Shown here piece by piece: positions 27,626 through 41,700 of a stretch of DNA of 64,000 nucleotides. A model generated the notes under the pieces. It was not told the origin of the DNA. It made no database searches and saw nothing but the letters and a program-made list of their open reading frames with translations. The position numbers and the translations under genes are program-made. Origin of the DNA: Phoronis australis (taxonomy: Eukaryota > Animalia > Phoronida); contig NMRA01000666.1 in NCBI GenBank assembly GCA_002633005.1, forward strand, positions 1 to 64,000, in the 5' to 3' direction. The first letter of the stretch is position 1. Each line of letters opens with the position of its first letter.

Positions 27626-29008
27626 TAGCCAGCCAGCTAGCTATGTGAAGACTTTCGTCAAAATACAGCTAGGTCCCACTTAGCCTTGGTACAAAGCTGT
27701 ATATAAATAAAAATATAAATATAAATATACAGCTTTGCACCGATGAGGGTAAAAAGTGGTACGATAAAATTTGACGAAAAAAAGTGTCATTAAAAATTTC
27801 AGTCTTGAGTAAACGAAATTATTTAACAGTGTTTTAAAAAATGGCGTCCTACCGTTATTTTGTGCAGCCATCTTTAGCGACGGCTTTCGGCACCATAAAT
27901 TATTCCGTCACCTATTGGCCAGTTTGTTTTTTCGCCAATTCTTCAATCAACTGTTCTTTCACGAGATTGCGTACATGTCACAACAAATTACCGGAGTTGA
28001 TTTCACATCAATGTAAATTTTTAGAATTTTGATACCGAAAAACCGAATTTCAGAAGAATTGTTGCTGCTGCCAAGCTATCATCATCTCCCTAAAGATGTC
28101 ACAAAAATTTAGGAAAAGGCGCGTGCGCATGACAGGAGCGTATTGTTTTCAAAACGACGGCATACTTTTCATTGTTAGAAAAGGCGGAGAGTTACGCAAG
28201 CAAATGACTTTTTCAAAATACATTGTTTTTCACTTAAACGGCTGTAACGGGCATGGTGAGTGTCGGTTGACTCTCAGATTTTGCACGCACGCGGTCCAAT
28301 ATTTAGCTCTATATGTTGACAAAAGTTTAAGGCGAGTTGACGAGCAGAACTACCCTGGCTGTGTGCAATTTCGAGGTCTACAGAAGAAATACACACAGTG
28401 GGACCTAGCTGTATTTTGACGACAGTCTTAATACAGCTATCTGGCTGGCTACATGAAATATTGCGTCACCTATTTGCCAGTTTCTTTTTTCGCCGATTCT
28501 TCAATGAATTGATGTTCTTCCATGAGGTTGCGTACACATCACAACAAATTATCAGATCTGGTTTCACTTCATTATAAGCTTTTAGAATTTTGATACCGAA
28601 AAACCTAATTTCACAAGAAATTTTGCTGTTGCCAAACTATCATTTCCCGAGAGGTGTCGCAAAAAGTTAGGAAATGGCGCGTGCGTGTGATACGAGTGTA
28701 CTGTTTTCAAAACGACGGCATACTTTTCATTGTTAGAAAAGGCGGAGAGTTACGTAAGAAAATGACTTTTAATACATTGTTTTTCACTTAAACGGCTGTA
28801 ACGGGCAAGGTGAGTGTCGGTTGATTCCCAGATTTTGCATGCACCCCGTCCGGTCTTTATATTTACAAGTTGTTTTACAAATTTTACGGCGAGGTGACGA
28901 GCAGAACTGCCCTGGCTGTGTACAATTTCGGGGTCTACTTAAGAAATACACACAGTGGTACCTAGCTGTATTTTGACAACAGTCTTCATACACCTAGCTG
29001 GCTGGCTA
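27626..29008. mobile_element. Non-autonomous TIR element with TAG...CTA ends (Academ-like) and a tandemly duplicated right half
   Basis: Left TIR tagccagccagctagctatgtgaagact..tcaaaatacagctagg. The right TIR occurs twice, ending at 28451 and 29008. ~555 bp direct duplication at ~27900-28451 and ~28458-29008. Confidence 0.8.
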
Positions 29009-29880
29009 TGGACATCTCACAATATGATGACGTGCTATGACTGACATTACGGTAACACAAGGTGACCCTTGTAATAATAATGAGGGCAGTGGTTGGGAAT
29101 TTCGGACATAAATTAATCCAAAGAATCCAACACGTTACTCAAGCCTGCTGCAGACCTATTGTAGCGTACATGCAGTGTTTTAATGTGTTTGTTATCTATA
29201 GCATTTTTCAGTGAAACTGGTTTATTTTCAAATCTTTTTTTCTAAAGCTTCGATATCTGAAACACTGAACGACGCTGTGTTCTGTTATTTTATCTTCCAT
29301 CCAGCATGTCGGGCGGTAGGTTTGTTTGCTCGACATGTTGTGTCTCTGCCGGTTACAGTGACCTGTTTTCACCTGCATTCCACTTCAGTCATTCCAGATC
29401 ATTCGAATTTAGTCTCCGTTTAATACTTTTAGAAGGACAAACAGTCAAGCCATTTAACGAAAACAACAAAGGCTAATGAAGAAAACTGCAGTTGCAAAAT
29501 GAACACTGTAGTGTTGTACCCAAACCTACATGTACAGCTGATCACACTGTTAATGGCTTCAAACTGTGAGTACTCCATTCTTTATCTCATCTCCGATAAG
29601 TGTCAGTGCCATAAAAGACACCATGAACAGGTTTTTTTAAGAAGCTTTTGTCTAACTACGCTGTCGTGGTCATCATCTTAAACTTTTCCATCTTTCGTCT
29701 TGATTCCTTGTTTACTTTCTCATTCCCATCTCGAATCGTCTTCGCCATCATTTCTTATTCTACCAATTACTATCCCAATCTCCTACTTGCATTCATGTTG
29801 CGCATCTCTTCCTTGTGGCTATCTTCCAGTCTGTCTATCAAGCCTTTGTCTCCCTGCTCCTCCATTCTTTCTTTCTTTAA

Positions 29881-31184
29881 AGGCGAAGGCAATCTTTTTC
29901 ATGTCAATTTTAGCAAAAATAAGGTCTGTTGATTATCCCAGACATATTTTTCACTTAATTACAGCTTTTCGTAATTTAATTAATTTCTCGTCCTCTACTC
30001 CGGAAGTGACGTTTTGGGAGGCAAGAACTTCGCGCCAATTTCTTTTCATACAGTCAGACTGTGAGAGCTGTCAAGTCAGTCATTGTTCTACCTCAGATGT
30101 GATAGGTTTGGTCGTCGTTTGCTTTTGTTTACGAGTCAGTCAACATGACACGCTGTTGCTGCGTACCAGGATGTACTCATTATCATCTCACACGCGCTTT
30201 GGGTACCTTGCATCGCTTTCCAAAGGATGACACACTTCGCCGTACTTGGCTAGCTCGTTCATGTGAAGAACGCAGCGCTACCCGCTCACGCAACGTACAA
30301 AGCAGTGGCAAGCATTTTCAGCCGCCAGATTGCGACAGAGATATGTACGCTGAATTGATGAAGGTCCCTATGAAACAACGCCTGAAGAAGGGTTCCATAC
30401 CGTACTCGCTGCTGATTCCCGGCAGTGCAACGTCGCCACCCCCGAGAAGTGCGTTTTTGAAACGAGAAGCCTCGCGAGCTGTGGCCACTATAAACAGTGA
30501 CTGGATGCACTTCATCTACTGTCACCCATGCCTCCGAACGTACCCCATAACGTGGAATTCCAGGAACGAGCAGTGAGTCCCCTTGTGCTGTTGTCTCTAG
30601 CTTGTAAGCAGCCCTGCAGCGGTGTTGAGTAGTGGGAGTGGCCCAGTTTGACACCCAGTGAAAACTAAAGTTCGCCATCCAATGAACAGATCGTTGAGCC
30701 TAAGTTTGATAAGTTTATTGTGGACTTGTATTGAAGCTATTTAGAAGGTGCCACGTGTGTGAGGAGGGAGTCGCACGGCGGGACTTTGTAAGGAGTTTGG
30801 ATGCTCAAGTCACCATCCACTGGGAGTGTGTCGCGGTACACTCGGGCAAGTGGGACAGTTCTTCCTCTGTACGTGACACGATAATTGGTACATCTCGGTA
30901 GGCGGCAACAGCGTAGCATGTTGACTGACTCGTAAACAAAAGCAAACGACGACCGAACTTATCACCACCGAGTTAAAACAATGGGTGACTCGTCTGCCCT
31001 CACAGTCAGACTGTATGAAAAGAAATTGGAGCGAAATTCTTGCCTCCCAAAACGTTACTTCCGGAGTAGACGACGAGTAATTAATTAAATACCGAAAAGC
31101 TGTAAATAAATGCAAAATATGTCTGGAATAATCAACAAAGCCTATTTTTGCTATAAATGACATGAAAAAAGGTTTCTTTCGCCT
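29881..31184. mobile_element. Kolobok-like DNA transposon derivative with THAP relics
   Basis: TTAA TSD at 29877-29880 and 31185-31188, AGG...CCT termini and ~300 bp TIRs. THAP-like ORF starts lie on both strands. Confidence 0.8.
30145..30480 (+). pseudogene. THAP zinc-finger N-terminus of a transposon ORF (degenerate)
   Basis: MTRCCCVPGC...LHRFPKDDTLRRTW...KHF...LKKGSIP fits the THAP C2CH layout and AVPT-like box, but the third Cys is lost (VQSSGKHF). Confidence 0.75.
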
Positions 31185-31989
31185 TTAACGTTTGCTTCTT
31201 CTCCTTTCCTGCATCACTTCACATTACTGACAGTCCATCACATCCTCGTCTTTCATCACTTTTCCCACTGTCAACCGTCGAAGCACTGCATTATGCGAAG
31301 TTCCTAACCCAAAATTCAAATTTTCGATACAAAAAACATGGTATAGTACTTGAGGAGTACATGGATTTTGTTTGATCATGACCTTGCTCTCTGTAGCCCA
31401 ATGGGCTTATCTCTCGGTAAATAAGAAGAATTTTAATGATGTTAATGTTAATTTGGGTGACCTAAAAAACGAAGAATGGTTGCTAACCTAACAAAATATC
31501 GATTTTTGTAAATTTTGAATCACAATCGACTGAGATGTGTAAATTTAACTTTACAGCGACGCAAGAAGTTATTACAATTTATAGCATAAATGTACATACA
31601 TGTATAGGACACTTCATTTCAATGCACGTACGTCTACAGTGATACTGCATGTACAGCAGTGAAGACTGTTACGACTGCCGCGGGTTTTACCACTGTAACT
31701 GATTTACATCACGATAACAGATTTTTGGGTCTTTTTTGCACGTTTCGGGTGACTATTTTGTCAAAACAAACGAATAAAATTATGCACTTACTCAATGCTA
31801 AAAATTATCGAGTACCTCTTAATAACTGGAATGCGAAAAAAGTTTTTCTCGAGAAGTTAAATGTGCTTAAATAGTTGTAAGGTGGGTGAAGGAAATATAA
31901 TATTGTTTTAAGAACCAAATTTTTATAATGCATTTTACAAAGTCACTAGTTCTACGGATTTTACAAGAAACGCTATATTTCTGTCTCCA

Positions 31990-32101
31990 ATGGCGAAATT
32001 TATGATCTCAACTACGCTAAGGAATTACATGCACCTTCATTGGGGCTGCGCACTCTTTTTATGGCGAAGAGGAAAAGTGCAGCACTGTGAGGCAGCCACT
32101 G
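31990..32101 (+). CDS. Candidate first coding exon of the WSC-kringle gene
   Basis: ATG is in frame with the next exon. The phase-1 donor ACTG|gtaatc matches the phase-1 acceptor at 32200 (99 nt intron). The peptide is only weakly signal-peptide-like (LHWGCALFLW). Confidence 0.3.
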
Positions 32102-32200
32102 GTAATCGAATCTTAGAACAGGGCGAATTTAAAGCCATAGAAATTGTTGTTTCCGGGTTCACGAACAATACTGAAAAGGCATTTTATGTTTCATTCGCAG

Positions 32201-32337
32201 CGTTTGTGCGAAGTATTGAGGTCGGTGACAGCTTTGACCCAGGTTGTTACGGTCATGTATGGGGGAAACCATATACGCACTCTACCCTTACGGACCATGC
32301 ACTCTGCAGACTATGGTGTGGAGCACAAAAAGGATTG
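32201..32337 (+). CDS. WSC-kringle protein exon: WSC domain 1, N-terminal half
   Basis: Acceptor tttatgtttcattcgcag, donor TTG|gtaagc (phase 1 to 0). Encodes AFVRSIEVGDSFDPGCYGHVWGKPYTHSTLTDHALCRLWCGAQKGL, with the GCY...CxxxC pattern of WSC. Confidence 0.85.
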
Positions 32338-33550
32338 GTAAGCACCTTTGTTACACAGTCACAACTAATGCGAAGCTGAGCATGCTTGCTTTCGGAAGTA
32401 ACGTATGTTTCGGACTTGAGATTCAGGGTTTAAAAGACGGCGTGCAAGACGGTTTAATCGTTGATTGTACGGGAGATCTACCATGCCCACATCTCCTGCA
32501 GACTGTATCTAAAGGAAACAGGATCACGTGTCAGAGGACAGTTGAATAGTCTATCGACTACTCCATAACTTGTTTGTATGAGATGTCTGGTTCAGTCAGC
32601 GGATTTCGCCTACAACCCCTTTTAAATACATGTACACGGGACGAAATTAGTACAGAACGCGATAGAACGCAATGTCACTTGAATCACGTTTTACAGGCGA
32701 TAGCAGTTTAATTTCATCTAATATTTTAAATGCACGTTAAAAAATATCTACTTAGAATTCAGTAAATAGTGAGCCATGCACTTTCACCAAGTAAACATGT
32801 AAACTGACATACCTTGATGTTATTAAAGTACCATCGTGTATCAATCTGGGAACAGCATGAAGCTATGAACATGACTCGGTACGAGACTGATGTTGTATTA
32901 TTAATTCTTGGATTGACCTAACTCCAAAAACTAAAAATTAGTTGTGATAAATGTATATTTATTAAAAAAATAAGCAATTCGTGATAGATTGGCCGGCATT
33001 CTTGCTCATAAACGAATTCACTTTCCCAATTTAACAAATGTACACAAAACGTACCTAAAGTGGTGTACATGGAGTAATATCCCACGAAACGTATTTTCGC
33101 CTATGAACCAAGACCGAAAGCCGAAGTCGATACGCAGATTAACGTTTAGCAATAATAATGCACTGTATTTGAAACTTCAAAGACAGGTAATATTTAGTTT
33201 TTAAATTCCGTCAGTCATATTGATTGCCTTGCCTTACTTATTGCTTGTTTTTTTTTACTATGAAACTCGAACGTAAGACCGTAAGACTATTTTACCTGTA
33301 ATCCTTATATCACTCAGCATGTGACTGCGTTATTGACGGTCTACTGCTAATACGCATTTCGCATTAACGCACATTACTAGTCGAATGACTCAGCACATAA
33401 CGATTTTAGAAATCGTAAACCATTAGACTACTATTTTTCTGTTCTTGAGAAAATTTATTGCGTTAACGATTTGATTTATTAGTTTTTAGATATTAGGGTA
33501 CGAACTTGTCGATAACTTTATACTCATAACCTCGACGTCTTCAATTCCAG

Positions 33551-33734
33551 CACGTAGCGGGGTTAAACAGACAAAAGAATTGCTCTTGCTATTTGCGTGA
33601 CCGATGGAGGTTTGCAGGATATTTCGCGGTAGGCTGGGAGAAGTATTCTTGTAACGCTCCATGTCCCGGCCGTCCAAACCAAAACTGCGGCGGTTACAAC
33701 AATGAATCAATACTAATGGATGCAATTTATCCAG
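33551..33734 (+). CDS. WSC-kringle protein exon: WSC domain 1, C-terminal half
   Basis: Acceptor tcttcaattccag, donor CCAG|gtacgg (phase 0 to 1). Encodes HVAGLNRQKNCSCY...CNAPCPGRPNQNCGG...YP, completing the 8-Cys WSC pattern. Confidence 0.88.
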
Positions 33735-36700
33735 GTACGGTTTCGTCCAGTTTATCTCTTTTGACAATTGGTTCACGATGTCCTAGCCTTTCTTTTTTTA
33801 TCAATTTCGTCATTGGCGACTGTGGCCTGATTGTCTTTGCTCCGCTGGTCGTAAGCGTCTCAACGCCCATTTAATGTTTGTGGTGTTGCACTCTTTATAA
33901 GTACATGTCACGCCCGACGCTGCAATCCATCCAATGACTGATAGATGGCGCAGACGACGCACCCGCCCATGTATTTTACATTTGACTTAAGGTGCATCCC
34001 ATAGACATCACTTAGATCGGGCGCAGGCGCTACTGCAGCAACTTGACGCCATACTGGATCGTGCTACTAGTCACGTGACACGGCTATTTGCCGGGTAAAC
34101 CAACGGGGCAAATTGCCCCTTTCAAAGCTCAATATCTAACACATAAAGAGGCGAAAGAGTGCATTTTTTCCAGAAACATAAAAAACCTGTGATGCAACAC
34201 TTAAATGTATTTTTAAGAGTCAATCAGTCGATAAGGAAAATATCAAACCAATACAAGATAGCAACCAGTGGCAGATTCTGGAGTGGTCTGAGCAGCAGCA
34301 CGTACGATTGTCAATCCAGTGCAAGCGTTTTATTTTTTCGTCTTATAAGAGAAACTAGTAAGATCGCGCACATTTATCATTTAGGTCGTGTCGCTCGATA
34401 CAAACTCTGTATATTGGAAAGACCTGGCCCTCACTCGGGGCGCACTTTCGTGGTACTCTAATATGCCTTTTTAGTATTGAAAAATGACTCCAGGTAACTT
34501 TGTAATACTAAAATATGGCCCGGTTCGCTTTTAAACGGGTGTAAATTTAACATGAACTAATGTTAAAAATGACTTAATAAGCGACATATAAATTCATGGC
34601 AGGTTTTTAAAGTTCATAGGTGTGTTCTGTTCAGTGACGTACAGCGGTTGTCGGTGAGCGTTTGATCGCTATCTTCTTTGTTAACTGCCGAGCTCATTCT
34701 TTTGTCTTGTGTGACAACATGCACATCAATTATCTACCAGCCTTATTACCGATCACTTGTCAGACGTTTTCACTCCCAAACTTCCAAATGGAATTTGGGA
34801 GAAATTTTAGGGGGTCATGGCCCCTTGGCCCCCTATCTAAAATTCCCCACTGATATTTGTTGGGAATTCAAAAATGTCATTGGTTTATGTTCAAGCATTT
34901 TATAATTTAACTTATTTTAACAGCACAGCCCAGTCAGGTAACGATCTTATCGGAGATTTGGGCAAAGGACTTAATCAGTCGTCAGCGTAAGATTTTGGCT
35001 ACAGCTGTACAACTTGTTGTGCTATAAAGTCTAACTCAACGGGAGAACGCCGTAATGTAAAATCTAAAGAACACAGACCCAGTTCCTTTCCTGTGCATCG
35101 CTCGGGCTTGCCAACGTACAAATATTCTTCTCTCACGCACGGTATTCCTCTCTCACTGATCTGAAGTCCCACCATAAAGCGCCGGGCACTTTTTGGCGTT
35201 TTGTAGTGTCCCCACACCGTAAAACTATGTGCTCAGAAATAGATCAGCCCATCTCCCACACATTATTTCGAACCATCCTCACCCTTAACCTGATACGTGC
35301 TGCGCATCCCTCAGCCGAGAAAATTAAAATAAATTCTCCGCTCACGCACGCTTGGCCTTCTCACAGTTTCAAAAAAGCTTGACTCGATTGGACGATTCTT
35401 AACATGCGGCCAATAAGTCTTCATGCAGTTCAGTAGTCAAGATATTATATCGTGGCACAAGCAGTGTAAACATGGCCAATTTGGGTAACTGAACGAAGGA
35501 CTGTTAGACAAATGGTGGTTGTTTTCGCTCCAGCCCAGCTCCCCCACATTATATTCCTGGTCCGAACACCGTTCAGTAGCTTCACTCCCTAATTGCGGCA
35601 TATATCGAAAAAGCAAGATTTGCTTTGCCGCGCGCCACTCAGGTCAGCTCAGAGATGAACATCCGCGTATCGAATATGGTTGAAAGATCGCCAATTGCAG
35701 GTACCATGGCTGCTTATCCTACCCCTCTGTTGCGGGGGAACCGTTGGATAATGACGCGACAGGTTTTCACGGACGTAGGGTCGTTTTTTTCAAGGGTTGA
35801 AAATTCTTCACAATAAATATAGACACTGTGAAAAAACTATCCAGATCATTTTTCTCGGTGTCATTATTTTATGCTACACAGGCTCGGTTGCGTATATTTC
35901 CTCCCCTGTTTCGAGTGGGAAATTCTGTCTTTTGGGTATAGGTCGGAGGCGCAATTCAGTCGTACAGGTTTGATAATTTGGTTACTATCCACTTTTTGCG
36001 CAAGTTTTGAGTCACGAAACAAGGAGCTCGTAAGCAAGCAGTGCAAATCTACAAAATTTCCAATTTTGACTTCGACATACGTACATATTTTGCAGGGATT
36101 TGTTTGTTTTTATACAACAGAAAATACCTTGATTTTGGAATAAATATTAAGAAATGGGTTTTTAAAGCAGTATATATTCCAATAGAGAATACATTATTCA
36201 CTTAGATATACTGACTTAGATGCCAGGCAAATAAGATCGGGGATGTTGCTTTTCAGTACAAGTAAAAACACATTATTGTCATTAATACCAAATATTTACT
36301 TATTAATAATAAGTACAATTAACAAACAGCATCATTATTGGATAACAGCATATGATGGTCAATTATTATCTTTTGAATTGATCTTTATGGTCTCAATCAC
36401 CAAGACTGTGGTGAACACAACGCATAGTCGCTCCGATTAAACCATTGTGGCAGAAAATAAAAATCTAGTGGCAACACCACTAAGCTCCATGGCCGAACCA
36501 AAAAACTCATAATTCAATGGCAGGACAAAGAAACTAAACTCTTTGGCTGCAGGCATAACACTGCGAGCCCACTGATTTTCTGACTGATGCCGTAAGGTTC
36601 CAGTGATTCCGCCATTTTTGTCATGTGTAGCACTCTCCAACATGGCGCAACGCAAGCTTCAAACTCGAATTTTTAGCCTTAATATTGGGTTTATCAACTA

Positions 36701-37859
36701 GTATTAATAAATTATCCACGTAAGTCATTGTGTACTCGAGCATAGAATAATAGATACTTATGTTGAGTTCCCACAAAGTAGAGTAGAAAATGCCAAACCT
36801 AATTTCGAGTAACATTTCTAGTAGTCACTTAGTCATTTCTACATCTTGAGGAACTCTAGGTCCGTAAGCTGTAAAGATGGCCGGTTACCTAGACACGTTC
36901 AACTGCACCACGTTTCAGAAGCTCTTCCAAAGGTCGTAGAACCTTTGGCACGAAAATATGATCAGCAGAAGACATTCACCAGAAATTCATTTGGACACTG
37001 CTTACTTGTAGTGCTCATCGCAAGTAGACCGTTCAGCTCTTTTTGGACATTTCGCCGACAAAAACTTCCGATCTCTGCTATATTTCGTTACAATGTCTCT
37101 CCGACTGGGTTCGGGCTATCCTGGCCACTGGTTGTTCGGGTTGAGGCAGGTGTCTCTGTAATGAGTTTATATTTTACCTCTTCGTTGTGAACGATTTTCT
37201 TGCTGCGAAACATAAAAAAAACAAAAACTTTATTGTTGTCAACTATATCGTACTCTTGAATGGCGATAACATTTCATTGAAATTCATTTAGACGATTCTA
37301 GGTTCACACAACGAACGATTCAGAAGGAACCGGGGTGTTCTCTGTGAAATGGAGTGAGTGTTACAATGCACATGAGCGAGTGCAAAAACGCTGAAAACTT
37401 ACTTGTAACTTGGTCTGGATTACGGCTATTGATGAACTTGCTAGCATCAAGGAATTTTAATCACTTAGATAAGTAGCCTTCAGTATCAGGTGGGCCAACT
37501 TCGACAGAGCTCTCTCTGACTCTTCCAAACAACAACGAACTCCTACTAAAATACATGCAATTACGCAGTTTATTTCAGCGTTAGAAGTAAAATCCCTCTT
37601 TTGTCGCAATCTAATCAATGTGCATCTGTTAATTTGTTATAATGGGAATTGCCTTGTACAGCAACCGGTCATGATGTTACTAAATGCGTGTAGCGTTAAG
37701 CAGTGCTAGAAAGGATTCCAGACGAAAAAAATGTATGCTGAGTCGCGGTATGTGACGCAAAATGTTGGCAGATTACAAGGTCATTTAGGTTATGTTGAAA
37801 ACTATTGTACGTGAATCTTCTATTACTAGATCGTTGACCTCAACAACTTCTCGCTATAG

Positions 37860-38144
37860 AACTTCCCGATTGCTTCTCCGGATTTCGTGAACCTGTAAAC
37901 AATACAGTTGTTGGACGTGACGCGTATCTGAACGACAAAAGCAACACGCGTGCGAAATGCAGGAAAGTGTGTAGCGAAATGAAGTACCCGTTTGCCGCCG
38001 TGTGGGGCATGTTCAATTGTTGGTGCACAGAAACCTTCTTTGGAGCAAAGTTGGAGAGATGGAAGTGTATATTGCCGTGTCCCGGAAACCTCAATGAGCA
38101 ATGCGGTGGCTTGACGTTTGCTTGGATTATGAAGTCAGATCCAG
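37860..38144 (+). CDS. WSC-kringle protein exon: WSC domain 2
   Basis: Acceptor cttctcgctatag, donor CCAG|gttggt (phase 1-1). Encodes ELPDCFSG...KCRKVC..MKYPFAAV..NCWC...KCILPCPGNLNEQCGG, with all 8 WSC Cys. Confidence 0.9.
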
Positions 38145-38758
38145 GTTGGTTTGCGTTTAATATATAAACCTAAGTAGCATCTTGTAAACAGTTCAACCAT
38201 ATTAATCTGAAATATGAGGATGGTTTTGCGACTTACCTGGAATGAATTGATGTATATTCAGGATGTCCCAACCCAAGGCATTCCCGTCAAGGGAAGCTGC
38301 TAAGGTCGACTGAGGGTACTTGCAAAAGTGATGTGTACAGGAAGTACCTCCCAGTGGATCATTTTTCTTGGCCAGATTCTACGAAATGATAACAGGATTT
38401 CAAGGATATTCATGAGATTTTTTGTACAACAATGGGCAGTTACAATTAAAATCTTCTCGTTTACTTGAGAAAAGTGGTCTTGAAGTTTTACATGAATATG
38501 CCCTCCATATTTGTTGTGCAGCGAGTCTGAGCTTGTGTAATCAGCCAACCAGTGGGACATTTTCATCTTAGAAAAGGCGAACATTGTGTGATCCAAATGT
38601 GTCTTTGATTCACTACAAGAAAAGCAAAGAGGGATCTAAGCCCAAAAATAATCAGTCAAGGATATGAACTCAGGACCGATCATACGGGTAAACGTGCGTC
38701 GGTAAATGCCTGGAAAAGCGAAAAGTAAACGGTAAAGAATCATGTTTGGACAAAATCA

Positions 38759-41700
38759 TACACTAATTTATCAGGTTCACTATGTCCAAATTTTGACATT
38801 CGTTGGAATTTTTTGGGGAAAGCGGGAAATATACATTTCTGGAAACCTCATGGAATGATAAATCAGAAAATAATTGATTCCATTTTTGGTGGCCCTCTTG
38901 GCGGCCATCTTGGAGTTTTAAAAATGGCGCCGGTAAAATAGATTTTGCCCAATATATCCGCCCTTGGGTCACTGAGAATGCTAGTTTTTATGGCTACACC
39001 TGCAGTTCTGAGGTCAATGAATTGGAGTTTTAACTTTATTGGCGGCCATCTTGGATGCCATCATGGAATTTCAAAGATGGCGCCCGTAAAATACATTTCG
39101 TTCATTATTTCTGCTCTTGGGTCACTTAGAATATTAGTTTTAATGGCTGCACCCACATTTTTGGGGTTAGGAATTGAAAAACACTATTTCTAAAATTATA
39201 CATATAATCTAATAACAGCTACGAACCCCTAGAACATTTAAAGGAATTAACCTTTATTTACAGTATAAATCTATATCTTTTTGAAAAGGCATTTTAAGGT
39301 TTCCATATTATTTCCACTGTTTACTTTGGAATCCAGCGCTTCTCTACTCAGTGGAAATACCTTTTGCCTTTGACAGTCGGAAGGCAGATAATTTTGGGCA
39401 GCAACCAGGCTGAGGATCAATGACGAGAACAACAGGAGTTGTAGACTGCCCGTAGCCTGCTCGGCAGGCTACGACTCACTGATCTCTACAAGCCAGTCTC
39501 TCAATCAATTTGTTGCCTTATCACGTCTTCCAGAGGTGACCCATGAGTGGTCGACCCTGCTAACAGTTGTTTTGCAGACGACCCAGTTGGAAATGCTGTT
39601 TGTTGATGAAGCTCATCCAATAGTCATTTCATGGGTCTATACCAGAGGGTTGTGCAGCTCCTAGATACCAGACCTGAACGTAACGAAACAGTGAACCCAA
39701 GACTTGCATGCTGTAATGGCATCTCTGAGAGCTCTTCGGAGGTCCATAGCGAATTCTGTCATAGATGATACCTGGATAGAAGCCGACGCCTTTGGCACTG
39801 CAGATTCTACTCGGCCATGGCAGTCCAGCCTCAGTGCAGGGTGACCAGCTGTATGACATGATCATACACGCCTATGTCCCATAACGGCATGACCCAAAGA
39901 TTTCGTATGCTGATCACAAGGTCAGGCACTGTACGAAGATTATGTCGCTTAGAGAGTCAAGGAAGATAAGAGCTTTTGTTCTTCAGTCAAAAAGAAGTTA
40001 TACAATTCCGTGGTGTCGCCCTGAATCTCAAGGAGACTATTGACGTGTGTGACAGGCTGCTGGTACTTGTCAAGTCAAACAGGCAAATGGACCAGAAACA
40101 TGCTTTCAGCCATTTTGAATTCATTGTAACACCATAGACTATAGTACATGGACCGCCAACTCCGTATACTTTCAATGGACGAAATCTGTGAGCTTACGCA
40201 CAAGCCCTTACGTCATTATTCACTGGCGACACCTGGCTAAATTTTCTGGTGCAATTTCCGGCAAGTACGTCGTCTGCTAATCATGGTCGGCTACTGTGTG
40301 GCCGGCTGTTCGGCCACACAAGCGAAATGCAACGGAATTAGCTTCCATACCATCCGAAGACCCCATAATCGGCTGTGGGAAGAAAACATTACTTCTTGTG
40401 TCAACGTGAATGGCAGTTGTTTCAGCAATAAGAATTTAAACATTTGTCTCAAGGCACTTCGAAGATGAATGTTTTTAAGAGACTCTACTACTTAATCCTG
40501 TCTTCACAAATCCATTCTTTTTCTCCGTTTTGATGAAAACTATCTGGTAAACTTTTTGGCGAAAATTATCCGCTAAATTTCTTCCAAAGGTAGTGACTCG
40601 ATAACTCCTGTCCTTACGAGGAAGTTCAGACATAGCCTAGTGAGCTAATTAACCAAATTACTCTTCGCTAGCCCTGATCAGACGGTTCGTCTCAGCAGAA
40701 TGCGCAAATTTAGCCAGGATTTGGATCAGCGATTTCAACAAATTCATATTCGTGTACAAATAAATAGAACACTGGTAAAACCTTTAACATCAATAAAGAT
40801 TACATTAATACTTCATAAATAACCACCCGGACCAGTCAAAATCTATCTCGCAATTTAACACAGGTTACACACTCATTTCATGTCGAATATATGCCGCACA
40901 AAATCTCTTGACTGCAGTCTATGAAAATGCAACCAACTTCTTTGAAAACATGGATCAGGAACACCAGAGGGGTGTAAAGGTTGTTTTTATTCTTCAATGT
41001 TAAATTTTTTGTAAGCGGACATATGTTTTTTTAAATTTCCGCCTTAAGTTATAACATTTCTAAACTTAAGCCTTTCAAACGAACGTTTATGACGAAAACA
41101 AAATTCTTCAACCAGTTCTGTAAAGTCCTGTGCCACCTTTAGTGTACATAATGAGCCAGTCCCACTCCTAATGTAACGAAAGGGTCCCGTGTATAAAGGA
41201 TACTAAGTATTGCCCATCTGAAATTTTACCGTATGCGCCCTAATAAGTGGCCAGGGTGCTTAGAAAAATCCTCTTCAGGATGGGGTCGCTTATAGCCCAA
41301 AAGTAGTTGAAACCCGGTCTCCGAAACGGGTGAAATCGTAAGGTAGAATTTATCAAAGTTACACTCTGTGACGCATCTGTAACCTATGAACAGAGTTTCT
41401 ACAAAACTGCAGTGCATTGCTATCACACTCTGTTGTCAACTTACGAGCATTTTTCAGAAAATACCACTGCCAAAAATTGCCGTGAATCAGGTTTCAAGCT
41501 CCTCAGCTTGGTTTAACTATATATCAATAAACCATAAAATGGTTCCAAGTGATCAGTGCAATGCCTGCGCACGTCTAATAAATGTGTATCATGCAGCTCC
41601 TTATTTAAACAAAGGTCTGTTTTTTTTTAATTTTGGTCCGGTATAAATAACGCCACAGACCTGGAAATCCAACGAAACACTTCTACCTTACAAATCTGAC

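Noticed and set aside
39545-39630. LFVDEAH, resembling RecQ helicase motif II (AcademH)
   Set aside because: The context HEWSTLLTV...GLYQ...LHAVMASLRA is colinear with the Academ transposase region, and there are no other helicase motifs. Likely coincidental decay.
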